Origin: Utricularia gibba
Lineage: Eukaryota > Plantae > Magnoliophyta
Assembly (NCBI GenBank): GCA_002189035.1
Contig: CM007989.1
Span: 4,340,001 to 4,404,000, forward strand
DNA: 64,000 bases
Direction: 5' to 3'
Part shown: positions 36,701 to 50,708 of the stretch, piece by piece
Layout of the letters: each line of letters opens with the position of its first letter
Position numbering within the stretch: position 1 is the first letter of the stretch
The notes under the pieces: model-generated
Told to the model about the DNA's origin: nothing
Seen by the model: the letters and a program-made list of their open reading frames with translations, nothing else
The model's database searches: none
Made by a program: the position numbers and the translations under genes

Positions 36701-39700
36701 ATTTATTTAGGATTTTTCAAAAATTGTATCTTCTTTGTGGGCCTTGTTGCATAAGAATGTTGAGTTTCACTTTTATGAAAATTGCAAAAATGCTTTTGAT
36801 GTTTTGAAAGAAAAGCTTGTTTCAGTTCCTATTATTCTGGCCCCAAATTGGAGTCTGTCATTGGAAATAATGCGTGATGCAAGTGATGTAGCTTTAGGTG
36901 TGGTTTTGGAAAAAAAAAGTAGAGAAGCAATCTCATGTGATCCACTATGAAGGATTCGAAGCATAGTCTCATTCACTAGATTTTATTACCTCAAGAATTC
37001 GCCTTGAAGATCAAGGACAAGAAAGGATGCAAGAATCTAGTGGCAGATCACCTCAACTGCATCACTTGTGAAGAAAAATCAAGCGTTATCGATGACAGAT
37101 TTCCGAATGAATACTTATTCATGATCCATGACGATAGTCCTTAGTATGCTGACATGGTAAATTATTTAGTGGCTGGACAATTTTCTATAGATTTCTAGCA
37201 CTACTAGAAGGAAAAATTGTGGAGTGACATCCTAAATTTCATTTGAGATGATCTATATCTTAGAAAAATTGATGCCGATCAGAGTATCAAATGATGCATC
37301 CTCCAGGATGAAGTGTACTCTATTCCTTCTCATTGTCATGAGTTGCTTTGCAGTAGACACTTTGGTGCAAAAATCACTACGAAAAAGGTTCTGAAAGCTA
37401 GATTTTATTGGCCTACAATATTCAAGGAAGCTTACCTTCATTTCAAGGCGTGTCCAAATTGTCAAAGAGAAAGAAATTTGAGATACAATGATCAAATGCC
37501 CCTTCAACACATTATCATGTGTGAGATCTTTGATGTATAAGACATCGACTTTATGAGACCCTCTCTCTCCCCCCCCCCCCCCCCCCTCCTTCAAGGGAAA
37601 CCCTACTTTCTACTTGTTGTTGATTATGTCTCCAAATGGATGGAAGCCATTGCTTGTGAGAGAGATAATGCTAAAAGTGCGAGTCATTTCTTGATCACTA
37701 TTTTGTTCCCATGGTTTGGCCATCCAAAAATCATCATTTCTAACTATGGCACCCATTTCGTAAATCATGCCATCAAGAGTGCATTGGTCAAAGTTCTCTT
37801 ATTTGAAATTACTTTGAAACTCCTTTTTCAATACAAGAAGAAAATGCCCCTGAAGAAATCAACATCAATAAGGAGGTGGATCTCTGGATTTTTGAAAAGG
37901 AGCGTGCCACTATGGAAGGACCATGCCTTGAGATGTTGATGAGGCATCCCAGCCCACTCAAAGAGGTAAAGCGCAATGCAGTTGCACAAAATTCTGGCGA
38001 CATTGAGCACCGAAGTCCCTTGCTTGGACGCAATTGAAGAACATTGTGAGATTTTCGCACAAAAATGCCCAGCTTATATTTAATCTCCTAACTCTTCATT
38101 TGCACTTGCTTGCTGATATTAATCGGTTGTTTGATGCTTCCCCAGTATGTAGATTTTCTAAAATTAGTTTACCTATTTATCCCAAGTTAGTTTTCGAATT
38201 TTATACTACTTTTGTGTTTGAGGATTTTCAAGTAACCCAATTGCTGAGGAGTTGGTTTCTTAGTGCCTTGGTGCTATAATTTTTCGCATATCTGTAAATG
38301 ATTTTAATGTGGTTTTAGGGCTTTGTTTTTGAATCAGATTCTGCCACTGCTCATTACCTCCAAGCTTATTGTGATTATCTTGAGCATTTCAATGTGCTGA
38401 ATGCCTATACTTCCATGTCTATCTATGAGCTCTCTTATTCTATACGTAAACTTAAGGTCTATTACTTGAGGGTGTTATAGCACCACTCAATGATGCTGGT
38501 GCCTTATTGAGTGGTGCTTAACAAGTATTTAGGAGAGTGTTATAGCACCACTCAATAAGGCACCAACATCATCGCCAAAGTCATCGTGTTTTTCCTGTGG
38601 ACAATGATGAAGAAGTTTCCCATAAATTTGGAGTGGTGGATTGTTACCCAAATGTACTCCATCACCGCTAAAAATGAGAGGGTACTCCCATTTGCTTCTC
38701 TCATCACCAAGCTCGCCCAGCACCTTGAGTTCCTATGAAGGATCCTTTGTTGTACTGGGGAAAAGGTCTCATGCTAGATTTGCATGGTCACTCCTCTTAA
38801 TCTCATCCTCTCCCCCGTCCATGATCAATGTGGGATTCGCCTAAGGCCCTTCCTTCAAACCCTTCTGTGGGGCGGGATGTCACAATTTAGAGCCTCCAGG
38901 AGCAACTTCCTTCCCTCTTCAACAAGTTGGACACTTACCTCGCCACTACATCATGCTCTGGATTGCCCCATGACTAAGGTACCCTCCACTATACTTGAAG
39001 ATGAGGAAATCATCAAAATTAAGTGTGGGGGAGGAGTTTATGTTTCTTTTTAAGCTTTAGTATTTTATGGGCATTAGGTCTTATGTGCTAATTTGTGTTG
39101 AATTTTTTCGTGCTTCATGCTTCATTTTTCTTCAAGTACATTTGATTTCGTGAATAAGGCTAAGATTTTATAATTGATCATATTTAGATTCATGAATTCC
39201 TTGATGCTAGGAAAATACTTTAATTGTTTTTCTTTCTACATATAAGGCACTTATTGCATGCTTTAGGAAAGATCATACTATAACTATAAATATATTTCCT
39301 TTCCTTGTACATACTATGCTGTGAATAAATTTGTTTTGCTCCTATATCCGAAAAGAAAAATATATATATTAGGGGTGTCAAAGATAAGATTGTTTGGTGA
39401 AATAATATATTTCCTTTCCTTGTACATAAGGTTTCATAATCCAAACAACCTTCCCCAAAATGAATTACGAAATTGATATGAATGAATGAGCGAAGTAGTC
39501 ACTATAATCACTATAGTATATGTTATTTTTGCACTTCTATTTCCTTCATGATATGAATGAGCGAAGTAGTCATTGATCTAAGTCTTTATCTGATGCATGC
39601 TTATTTGAGTGATTTGGCTTAACTTGATTGAAGGATAGAGAAAGAAATTGGAGTAGATACCTACTGAAGGTTGCATGTGTCTTAATAATGTATCATGATA

Positions 39701-39780
39701 TAGGTTCTGTCTTTTTCGTGGATTGTTATGATTTTCATATTTGAAGACAAGCATGATTTAAGTGTGTAGGAATATGTTAA
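33800..39780 (+). mobile_element. Degenerate Athila-like Ty3/gypsy element (gag, protease, RT, RNase H, integrase, extra ORF, PPT)
   Basis: gag GLPPSTIATWEE; VNIPLLDII...KMLKDLC; protease AVCDLGASLNVMS; SEWVSPVQVVPKK; RT YPLLFIDQML...LDDDSGFHQI...VFMNDFIVYG; RH LEIMRDASDVALG; IN HCH...HFGAKITTKKVL...CPNCQRERN, VDYVSKWMEAIA; PPT-like AATTAAGTGTGGGGGAG at ~39015 and a variant at ~39755. Confidence 0.9.
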
Positions 39781-40249
39781 GTGTCATTTTTTACCTATTT
39801 ATTATATATTATTACATGTTAATTAAATATTAAATTTCTCAAATTAAGAGTATATTAATAAGTATTCTAATTTATTAAAAAAATCCAATTATTGTATTTT
39901 ATACATATTTTTATTATCTTTTTCGTATACCTTGACCAAAATGTGGTAGTAAGTAGTGTTGGAGTGTTGCATAACTCTTGCAGAAGACTAAACACTGACA
40001 TTTTTTTCTTTGCACGTAACTTGGAGCAATTGTAGGCAAAATATTGACATTATTCAGGATCCTTAACTCACGGCATGTTATAGTCTACAACAATAATTGA
40101 GTGCTTACTTGCACAAATGAGAAAATTGTTGCGCACGCAAGATAGAAAGAATGATAGAAAATAAGCAGGGGAAGTTAATGTACGTAGGTAATGAATTAAA
40201 AGAAATTGAGAACAATTTAAATCGGACTTTTTTCACTTTGTTGTTGGCA

Positions 40250-40760
40250 CTTGAACTTGTTCTTTCTCTCCATCAAAAGGAGGAAAATACTTTAGCTTTC
40301 TATTTTCATTTTTTCATAATCATTCATTGCTAAACCTTTCTAATTTATGGAAATAGATGAAGTTTACTTCCACGTCTTTAGCATCAATTTTGGTTCTTTA
40401 ATGAATTTTTTTTCGGATTTCACATATTTCCAAGCATCATGTTACAATCTCTCTATAACGTCTTCTAATCACGATCCATGAATAGCAGGCCACTCCTCAT
40501 ATATTTTGATGACGAGTAAGGTAAAGAGTACCATCTCCAACCTTATTGGTTCGAGGGAAATAGTGAATTATGTATGGTCGGGATATCATGATAATGGACA
40601 GATAGTGACCTCATACCCACCATTGGTCATTGGCAACAATTGGATACACGTAAAGAATTCAGTTTTAAGGACAATTGACAGCAATCCTTTTATCCTCTCA
40701 ATCGTCCAATGGAGTACTACATGAGGTAATTCATGGGCCTCCTTATCAATCAAATCGTAA
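40250..40760 (-). mobile_element. Further Athila-like extra-ORF remnant
   Basis: 40400-40500 aligns with 32640-32740 (GGATTTCACATATTT, TTCTA.TCACG, TAGCAGGCCACTC). Confidence 0.55.
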
Positions 40761-41379
40761 GGAAGAGTAAGCTATTGCTTACTTATATAACCAGCTATTT
40801 GAAAAAAATCGATGAAAGCCGAGACAAGAATAAACAAAAGAGGAAATAGAATTTCATTCTCAAAAACTACTTTCCTTAGTCAAGATCTATTGCTTAGTTA
40901 TATCTTTTGTTTCTATATTTCAAAAATCCTCTTTTACAATCCTATGATAATTTATAAAAGTTTAGCACAAAACACTTTTCGTAAAACTCAACTCTTTGAA
41001 ATCGACACTTGTACCATATTTTATTTGTGTTTTACATTTTTTAAATTAAAATTTGTTGAGAAAACAATACCCAACATAATTATTACACAACAACCAAACG
41101 TTGCGTTAAAATTATGATAAACAAAAAATTCTTGTCATTGCAACATGATACTTTTCAAATCAAATAAAATTAATAAATTTCTGATGCAAATTAATCAACA
41201 AATTTCAAAAAAATGTACAGTGCTTCATGGTCTAAAACAAGAAACATAATGTTTATTGTGTAAAAGTTAGTGTATTTTGTTTTCAATTGATTTTAAGTTT
41301 AGCTATAACTAGTATGAATTTAATAACAATTACGAAAATAAAAATAAAGAGAGAGTAGGTTGTAATTCTAATTTAGTAA

Positions 41380-42200
41380 ATACTAATAGACTACTTTGAT
41401 GTTACATGAATAATATGTTAATTTAACTTTTGATACTAACTTTCTCGAAACCCTAATTAACAAAGAATCCTCAAATCTACCCTAGATTCTTTAATGAATT
41501 TTCAGTTTCAGGTTTTCTAACTTTCTTAAATTAACCTATACTTTGGTCTACCAATTTACAAGATATATAGGATTAAATGTACCCGATCTTGTTGACCTTT
41601 ATCCAAAAATCTTATCTACTAAATCTCTCCTAACTTTTTGACCTTCCATTATTAAGGTTCTTTAGTTGAGTGTGTTAATCTTTTTATCTTCTAAACCTAT
41701 TTAGATTTGATAAGAAAAGAACACAAACTTGAACATGAAATAAAAAAAAATGCATTATCCTTTTCCCCTAAGTTATTGCTTCTACTCATCTACACATACA
41801 AACTATAAGTAAAATATTTTCATGAAACAAAAATAAAAATAGATCCATAGTTATAATCTTGAAAGAGAAGATAAATTGAAACGAAGAGTAAAGAAAAATC
41901 TTAAATGCCAAGTTGTTGATTTTGCTTTCATAATACTACTACTAATTGAGAGTAGTAAATCTTGAAATAGATCTGAGTATTTTGACTTGAAATATTCCTT
42001 ACTTTTTTTTTCATTTCACATTGTCTTGTTCCTCCCTCATGTTTAGTTCAAAGTTATGTACATATCATCTTTCTTCATTTTTTCACTATTTTTTTGCTAT
42101 TTAATCATTTTTACTATTTTTTTTATCCTTGATCTAAAATAAACTTTATTATACATGGATTTTTTTTTGCGATGTGACTCTATTAGAGTGTACTGTTGTA
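41380..42200 (-). mobile_element. Eroded Athila-like LTR remnant
   Basis: Shares TCTACCC..GATTCT and CTTTGGTCTACC blocks with 13060-13110; boundaries are unclear. Confidence 0.4.
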
Positions 42201-43782
42201 TTTAAATAAATATTATTAAATCAAAATTAGGATTAAATCATTAATGTAGTTTCAATCTTGAACAAAATAAGAAAATCATGCTAACATCTCAAAAATATTG
42301 AAATTCATACAGAAATCTCGTTATTTACAATAAAATGGATATATTTCCAAAATTGAAACAACTAATAATTATTTGTTATCATGAAAATTTTCGATTAAAC
42401 CCTAAAAAATCATGAACTCTGTCTATAAATGCTTAATCAATTTCAAATCATACTTCAATTGCAAACATGAACTCAAAATTCACATTAAGTTCTCAATGAA
42501 ACACTTGAAACCAATTTCCTACTCTTATCCAACAATTGAAAGTGTTGAAATCATATAAAGCACACACACTTCTAGAACAAACTTCTAAAACTTTGATCTC
42601 ATTAAAAAAAAAAAGACTTCAATTACAAAATCAACATCTTTATGTACTCGTCGATTATGCAAACGGAATTGGTAATGGCAAATGACGATGGTATATTTGT
42701 TAAAATTTAATTTCAATGTTGAACAGATAGACAACAACAAAGATGATAAAGAATTGAAAAAAATTGTTGTGTTTTGAAATTTTCAAACTGTCCGATTTGA
42801 AAGTAGATAAACACTCTTGTGTCTTATGTTGTTTGTTTTCTATCGCTCATCTATGAAAGATGTTCATAAAGATTAGGTCAAAGTCTAATGAAGGAAACTT
42901 AATGTGAAGCGAACTCCTATTTTTAATACATATGGGCCCATTTTCATGAGTATTATTTTTTTTATTTCATATGAATATGAGTTATGATTAACCATTTTAA
43001 TATATAATTTTTTTATCATTGTATATGAATGTGATTTAACCATAACTTACATTCGTGTGTAATTATGCCTTTTATTATATGTGGGTATGAGTTAATTATA
43101 ACTATGCTCCATTTATTATAACTAAATTATGTTCGTGTAAACTTTTTGATTTATAAAAGAAATTATGTTGAATTAATTTAATTTAAAATAGATTATTAAT
43201 TTTAACAAATATTACAATTCATGATATAAAAAAATTAAAATTATTATATATATACAAGATATCAACCCATGAAATGCATTACTATTTATATTAAACTCAT
43301 ATATTTTTTAAAAAACAGATCTTATTAATTTAATTTTAATCAAATATAAATTATATTTATATATATCAAACAAAATATATATCAATAAAAACACTTATTT
43401 ATAAAAAAGAGTTGTTAACAAGTGTTTATCAAACAGTAATAATATTTAATTAAATTAATAATAAATACAAGTTAATTCGATTATCTTATTTTAAAATAGG
43501 GTACATTATTATTATTATTTTAAATGATATTATGATTTATAATATTAAAGAATTAAATTATTATCTACATATACAGCATTCTATATAAAATAAAATATAT
43601 AGAAATAATGTATTTGAAAAAATAATTTTAATAAATAAAAATAATTATTTAAAAAATTATTCTGTTAATAATTATAAAATGTAATTATTTTATCAATAAA
43701 AATATTAGAGGGGGCAGCAAACGAACGCAGCCGAGTTAACGCACATCAAAAGTACGCGGCGTTGGTACCCACTATCAGTTTC

Positions 43783-44833
43783 ATGGCTTTCGATTTGATG
43801 CGGCGTGGAGGAGCGATCTTCTGCCGTCGTCTGGCTAGCGGAATTCTTCGCCGTGATTCAGTTGCCGCTTCTTTTCTGTCTCCGAGGTACTCGCCGCACG
43901 GTCTTGTGCAATTCTTTTTTACCTGAAAGAGTGGGAGTTGGTGCATTTGATGAAGTTTTTTAGTCCGTTGGTACATACTCCCTAAGAATTCGGATTGTTC
44001 GAATCGCGAATCCACTTTTATTTTCTATTTTCTTCTCTAGTGTTCGAGAGAATATCTTTTTTTCAGCAACTTAGAGGAATTAACTGACTGTGAGATTCTC
44101 CGTTAGTTCCGGTCGATATACCGACGAGAAACTGAGATTCAGTTTCTATGATCGGTTTTTCACTTTCTGGTGAACTAGAGAGATTCTGATCGTTGCATAC
44201 CCTGCCTGACCCATTCCTGTGCAAATACCCACTGCTGCAGTAGTTTCGATTAACTGTTACGCTTGGTCTCTTGCAAATTCTACTGCCAATTTCTTCTGAA
44301 TTTCGATGAGCGAGCATAAAATTTAGCATCAGTGAAGGAGTGGTGATGACTGTGTATCTCATTGCACTTGTCTATTGTAACTTGTAAGATGTTTTTGTTC
44401 CTTTACAATCTGTCAATTGGCCACCTGTTGGTCAGGGCAAGAGCGATGTAATTTTCAGGTCAAAGGCTTTGGTGCGGGGATAGCTTAGCGTTATGATGAT
44501 GTGATACTGTGATCTTAACCTGGTAAGAATGAACGCAGGAAGTTGCACTTTTCTGGTGATGCCAAGGTCGAGACCTACAACAAGAATGTCGAAGAGACTG
44601 CAAATCCAACTGTCGTTCCAGACCACATGATCCCTAGCAAACAAGATCAATACTGGATTCCGGATCCACAAACTGGTGTGTTTGGTCCTGCATCAACTTA
44701 TAGCCAATCTTCAGCCAAGGACACGAATGTGAGTTCCAGTGTGGGTAAAGGATCAATATTGGAACAGGAAACATTCATCCGCCCTATGGAAGACCTAGAC
44801 AAGCCAGAACCTGAGCCATTGAAAGGCAAGTAA
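43783..44833 (+). CDS. Late-embryogenesis-abundant protein, At5g17165/LEA3-like; 2 exons (43783-43886, 44539-44833), 132 aa
   Basis: YNKNVEE...VVPDHMI...YWIPDPQTGVFGP...SILEQETFIRP..EDLDKP. The phase-2 GT-AG intron joins in frame. Confidence 0.85.
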
Positions 44834-45213
44834 CAAGAATAAGGCTGTGTTCTGCCTGCCTCCGGATGGTTAGTATCAGTTCCGGACGTCGTGGTGCATT
44901 TATGCACTTTTTATTTTTCATTCAGCATGTTTGGCATGTGTGGTTGAAGATCTATGGAGTATGTGGGACTCCTTTGTTTACCTTGAGCCGCGTTTGCTTT
45001 TTATCTGTATTGCGCTACATCTCTTTTTCCATGAATGTCCAAGCTTCCCATGTACTAAAAACATGCTGCTAGCAAGATACAAATCCTACCTCCAAAAGTG
45101 TGTACAGATATATATATATAATGAATGAAATTCCCATGTTCTATCTAATGAACTGAAAACCGAGAAGGACCGTTCGTTTCAATCGCAGAGTTTGTTCTCA
45201 TTTTTTATCATGT

Positions 45214-47071
45214 TCAAGAGTTGGCATGTGCTTGATACCTTCTTTGAAGATGTTCTGTAGCCGATTCTAGCATTTGACGAGCTTTTCTATCAGGAGAGCA
45301 GCCAGAGGCCTCCATTGCCCTGTATACCACTGGAACCTAATCACATCATCAGCCCCTCAGTCTAAGCAAAGGTTACCCAGATCAAAACACGAGTTCATCA
45401 TGAATTTCCAATGAACAAAGTATGCGAAGCCGTGTACAGAACACGCTAATCAGAAAGAAGGTGAATGAATGGTGTTTGTTGGTGTTGGTACCTGATCATA
45501 CTTCTTAGCCCAGAGAAACGCCTTCATCAATGTAGTGTAGGTTACCACGTCAGGGAATATGCCCTTCACATGCGCCAAACACACGCCAATTTTCAGCTTT
45601 CAGCACATGGAGATACTTTTGTAGTCAATCAAACTTACATTCTCCTTCATGTGGTTGTACACTGACACGGCTTCCTCGCAGTGTCCTGCTGTGGCAAAAG
45701 CGTTTATGAGCACATTCAGCAGTATCAGGTTTGGTTCTATTCCCTCCATCTCCATCAACTGCAATATCCTGACTGTTTCTGCACAGAGCCCCTGATTCAC
45801 AACACAGAATATCAGCTGTAGCACATGACAACAAAGTGGCAGACACACAAGTGGGAAAGAACCTGCCGAGCATATGCATTTGCTAGAACACAAAACAAGC
45901 TTTCTGATAGCGGAACGCCTTCAGACTTGAGAGCTGTTATGCAATCTTTAGGGGTTTTGAATCTTCCATACTGCCCATGGATATCCACTAAAACAGCATA
46001 AATGGCACAACTCTTTTCTAGTCCTTGGCTTCTCAAACGCTCAAAGATTTTCCTTAACATGCCCCACTGTCCCTCTTCCCCTACCCGGTGGATCATCGTC
46101 ACGAAAGTGTTGGGATCCGGATATGTTCCTCCTTCAAGCATCCTGAGGAACACATTGACGGCACCATCAACATCCCCGTACTTACAGTGCCAGTGGATCA
46201 AGGAATTCCATGTTTTGATACCTGGTTTTAGGCCATATTGTAGCATTTTCTCAAGCATTGCTAGAGCATCCTGTAGCTCACCATATCTCCCAAAGGTATC
46301 GATAATGCTTTCAAACATCTTTCCATCCATCATAGATCTTGATTCTCGGACCTTTCTGATAGCCCCCAGTGCTTTTTTCCACATCCCATTATTCCTGTAT
46401 ATTTCCATAACCCTACTATAAACATACGAATCTGGATTAAAACCCTGCTCCTTCATCTCAGCAATCACACGCCATGTATCTTTTAGCCTGCCAGCGCCAG
46501 CATAATAATTAACTAGAATCTGGAACGTCTTTCGGTCCCTATTAAACCCCATATCATCCATCACCTTCAAGAGCTTATCGGCAAATTCTAACAGGCTTTT
46601 CTTCAAACAGCTTACAAGCAGTGAGTTGAACAACTTGGTCCTAGGCTTGCAGCCCGCCATGAACATCTCCTGTAAAAATATATCTGCTTCTAGTGTCCTG
46701 CCCATTTTGGCGAGACCAGTGATTATATAATCGTAAGACTTGGAGCTGGGACGGGAGCCCAACGCCTCTATTTCCGATACCACGGCGATTGCGTCATCAA
46801 CTTTACCATCTTCACACATCTCCCATATGGTTTTGTTGTAAAAATCGTAGCTTAGCTCCATCCCATTGCAAAACCCATTTCCCGAGACCGCATTCACTGA
46901 AAATCCAACAGATTTTAGAACACCAATGCTCAGGAAATCCCGTGTCCTCGTCTGACTGAACAGTCGAATAGTGGGTCTTAAGTAATTTGCTCTAGAGATG
47001 AAAAATACAAGGGAACAGGAGGAGAATACGCAGGGAGTCGTTGACGAATGTGGCCTGTGCAGCATCATCAT
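45214..47071 (-). CDS. P-class pentatricopeptide repeat protein (CRP1/At5g42310-related); 4 exons (47071-45863, 45791-45639, 45563-45492, 45336-45214)
   Basis: Tandem 35-aa motifs (YDYIITGLAKMGR, FNSLLVSC, WNSLIHWHCKYG, LNVLINAFATAG, YTTLMKAF) and the C-terminus GCSPDRKARQML. An in-frame upstream ATG exists at 47179. Confidence 0.9.
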
Positions 47072-48058
47072 CGGCGAAGACTCATTAGAAACCAGACGCC
47101 TTCGCGCGTAAAAAAAACCGCAACCCTTTGTTGCTGATTCCCCCGTTTGACTTTTGATCCTAAAAGCATCTGTATTCATTCTTAAAATGATTATGTGGAA
47201 GTATATTTTTAATAATTAACTTTTTTAGATATATACATTTTTTTTGAATTTTCGAAAACTATATTGACAGAAACGGAGTATCCACCCAAAAATTCAATAA
47301 TATTAAACATATTTTTTTCATTTCTACTCTAACACTCGTTTCTTATAGATTGCATGTATGAGAAGTAAATTTCTTCATATTTGTTTAAATTTATGCACTA
47401 TATGTGAGCATATTTTGTTTTCGTATCCTTTTCATTATTTTCATATATTTTTCTGATGTATTTCGTGCTTACTAGAATGTCAATTAACGTCAATTATCTC
47501 ACATTATGTTGTGTGAAACACATTTATGTAAGCTTTCAATTATTTTTAGCAAAATTAGTCTTGTACATGAGTTTTTTAGTAAATCAAGTTTTAATTTTTT
47601 TATTCTAAATATATTTATAAAAATAATTATATTTTTAATATATATTTGTAAAATTTATTTATTAAACATAAAAATTAGTATGTATATATATTTTTTTACA
47701 TAAATACAAAATATAGAATAATAGAACTTACAAACCAACAAGTAACAATGAGGTCTTATTTTATATGTAGTTTTAGGGTTAGTTTATAATTAAATTTTTG
47801 AAATCTTGATTATTTGGTATATTTTTATCACATTAGTACAAAAATATGCCAACATTAGATCTTATTATATGGGCATTTTTATACCCATTATTAAAATGGT
47901 GTATTGGTCTTTATTTTTCATTATCTAATTATTAAAATTACCTTATTTTATCATTTGATTTTACCTAAATTCAAATAATTTAAACCAATCAATTAAATTT
48001 GGCCAGCCAACTCAAAAAGAAAAAATAGAATTTGATGGCTACTTTTTTTTTTTTTTAA

Positions 48059-48760
48059 TTAAAGAGGAACTTTGTGGGTGACAAATAAACTAAACTTCTC
48101 CAGAAGCAATCTAATGAATACTCCGACACCACAGGACATCCCCCATATGGTGAATCCAAAAATAAATAAAGTTGTAATAGATTTAAAATAAGGCTTAGGA
48201 GGTGGCTTCACAAAAGTATATCCACATGATGGAACAAGTATGCATATAAAGGAAGCTACTCCCATCACTATGCCTTTGGATTTATTGTCAGTGTTTGCAA
48301 GAAAGGAGAAGTCACGAACCAGGGGAGGAACTAACTCAAAGATGATGTACGAGAGTATGGTAAATATAGTATGGATTATGAACTTCTTTTTTACGGCCAA
48401 GGAGTTCATTGTAGGATTTGAGACTTGGTGGAGAATTCTCTCTTTACCATCATGTCTTAATTTCCACAACTGTAAATGTGTTTGTGGTGTTTTTATACTT
48501 CTATTGCTGGCAAACATATGGCATAACCGTGAATGGAAAACATATGATTGGAGTGTTATACATTGTGAAAAAGGATAAGTTGTCCTCCAATGACATTTAC
48601 TGTCAAGAGAAAAATTGCACAAATGGAATATATGGCACACTTACTTGTAGTAGCACTAACACCAACGGCTACAATGCCAAGACTTGTGATGGACTTGTCT
48701 AGACTATTATATATTATAGTTCAGATCACTTTAGTTGTGAATTCTCTGTGTTTCTATAGT
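48059..48760 (-). pseudogene. Membrane-protein-of-ER-body-like (VIT1/CCC1 family) pseudogene, 3' exons
   Basis: IYNSLDKSITSLGIV / INVIGGQLILFHN / LWKLRHD...YNELLGR..F..H..LSYIIFELVPPLV..FSF...SFICI...PKPYFKS. GT-AG sites are retained. There is an in-frame TGA at 48723-48721, a frameshift at 48387-48392 and a shortened middle exon. Confidence 0.75.
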
Positions 48761-50163
48761 TTCTTGGTTGGGGATTTTGTTTTCGCTTGTTGATTGCAAT
48801 AGAAGTGCAACTTCTATTAGAGAACTTGTGACTTGCAATGACAGAAGTGAATCTATCACTCCCTCCCCACTTCAAATTTTCATAAATAATGATACATAAG
48901 ATTAAATAGATTTAGCTGCATATTCAACATATATAATCTACGATGGGTACCATTTACAATTGAATGTTGACCTTTATCCCAAAGTACATGATGATGGTAT
49001 GCCTAATCATTTCAAAAGAGTAGGCATCGTCTATAAATTAAACTGAAAAAAATACAAAAGACATACCAAAGACCATAATGATGGGTAAGCAAATTACCCA
49101 ATTAGTAGTAAAAATTAGATACTTGCACCTAGTTTTCTTAAATATTCACTTCATGCTGCAATTTTAGGTATGAGAGGTCCATCCTTCTAAATGAAGATTT
49201 TTGATCCATGAAATGGAGAGTCAACCTTTCCATTGTACACTTCCAAAGCACCATTTCTATGAGCAAGTGTTGATGATAATAAGACACTAGATTGACTTTT
49301 CAAATTTATTGCTCACATTTCTGTTGCATAATTCTATTTTAGAACCCGTATGAATCATTGTAATTAAAGCTCACAAGAAGTGCCAAAGAAAAATCATAAA
49401 CTTCATCTGCATCTTTGTAGCCATTAAACCTCATTATATTGACTTTTCAAATTTATTCCCTAATATGTTGTCTTTTATTTATATTTATATTTTATTTCAT
49501 CATCATGCTTTAATGGCATTTTTTCTAAATAACTTCATATATACCATATATAAACAGAAGGACATAAGATATGTTGGGGAGTTTTCATTGGCTTGTGAAG
49601 TACCACACATAATTATTTGAAGAAAATTACAAGGGACTACTTCTGTGTAAAGTTTTTTAACGAGATAATGTCACACTTAAGTTCATGAATCTTATTAAAA
49701 CAAAAACAACTATAAAAACATAATGAGAACAACAAATATGAGCTTATGAGTAAAATTTGAACAATAGAATGGTTTACTATTGTTTGAGAAAATAATCTCT
49801 AATAAAACTAAAAACACACAAAACAAAACAAAGTCATTCGATGAATAATCAATTTAATCATACTTTTTCAACAGCATAACTTCAATTTTATCATCAGATA
49901 TTTGATTCTCTTTGCATGATTTTGATTCATTTTCAGAATCTTATTTTGCTACACACACTTTCTTATGTTCTTCGATAGTTTACACATCTTCATTATTGTA
50001 CTTATGAATATCAAATATCACCTTCCTCATTGTTCACTAACCCTAGCATCCTTCGGTTCTTGTTCCATGAAGGCCAATTGCTTCCACAAAATACATTGAA
50101 ATGTTTGTGTAGTTAACAGCATCCCCTAACAAGATATGTGTTCATAGTTTGGTTGAATGGACT

Positions 50164-50708
50164 TGATAGGGTCTAAATCGGATTGGGCTAACCGGTCCTG
50201 AAAAGTAGCCAAAAGGTGTTTTAATAGGATAGTGCAGGTCGACAGACCAATAACTGTCAGAGTCTATCAGCAGCGGTCATTTTAGACAGTTTGAAAAGTG
50301 GCCGAATTACGGCAACGACAGAGCAAGCGGCAGTTATCCAAAAAGTAGGTCATAGTACGTACAACAGGCGCAAAAAGTAGCCAACATCTGCAGAATTTAG
50401 AATTCGGTCAAACCCATCTCACCTATAAATGTGAGAAATAGTACAGAGGAGAGGGTTGAACTCCAAGCCCTTCAATATATATTCTCTCCTCCCCCGTTTA
50501 GAGAAGACCATTTTCCGGCGATCTTCAACAGTTCTGTGGTTTTTCCGTTCTTCAATGGTTTCCACGTTAAAATCCCTATCTTTCCTTATTTATGTTAATC
50601 GCATCGCACTCCACACAACACGTGAACCTAAATCGTGCACGATGCATCTGGTCGTACCCATAACCCGAAAATCGGCTCTTACCCTAATATCGATTTTCAA
50701 CCACAATA
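50164..50708 (+). mobile_element. Solo LTR, family X copy B (545 bp)
   Basis: TGATAGGG...CCACAATA (CA>TA), perfect TSD GGACT, internal CCTATAAATG. Confidence 0.85.

Noticed and set aside
39290-39575. Short direct repeats (ATATTTCCTTTCCTTGTACATA x2; TGAATGAGCGAAGTAGTCA x2) as CRISPR-like or regulatory arrays
   Set aside because: Only two copies each, inside a retroelement 3' UTR where such repeats are common; eukaryotic context
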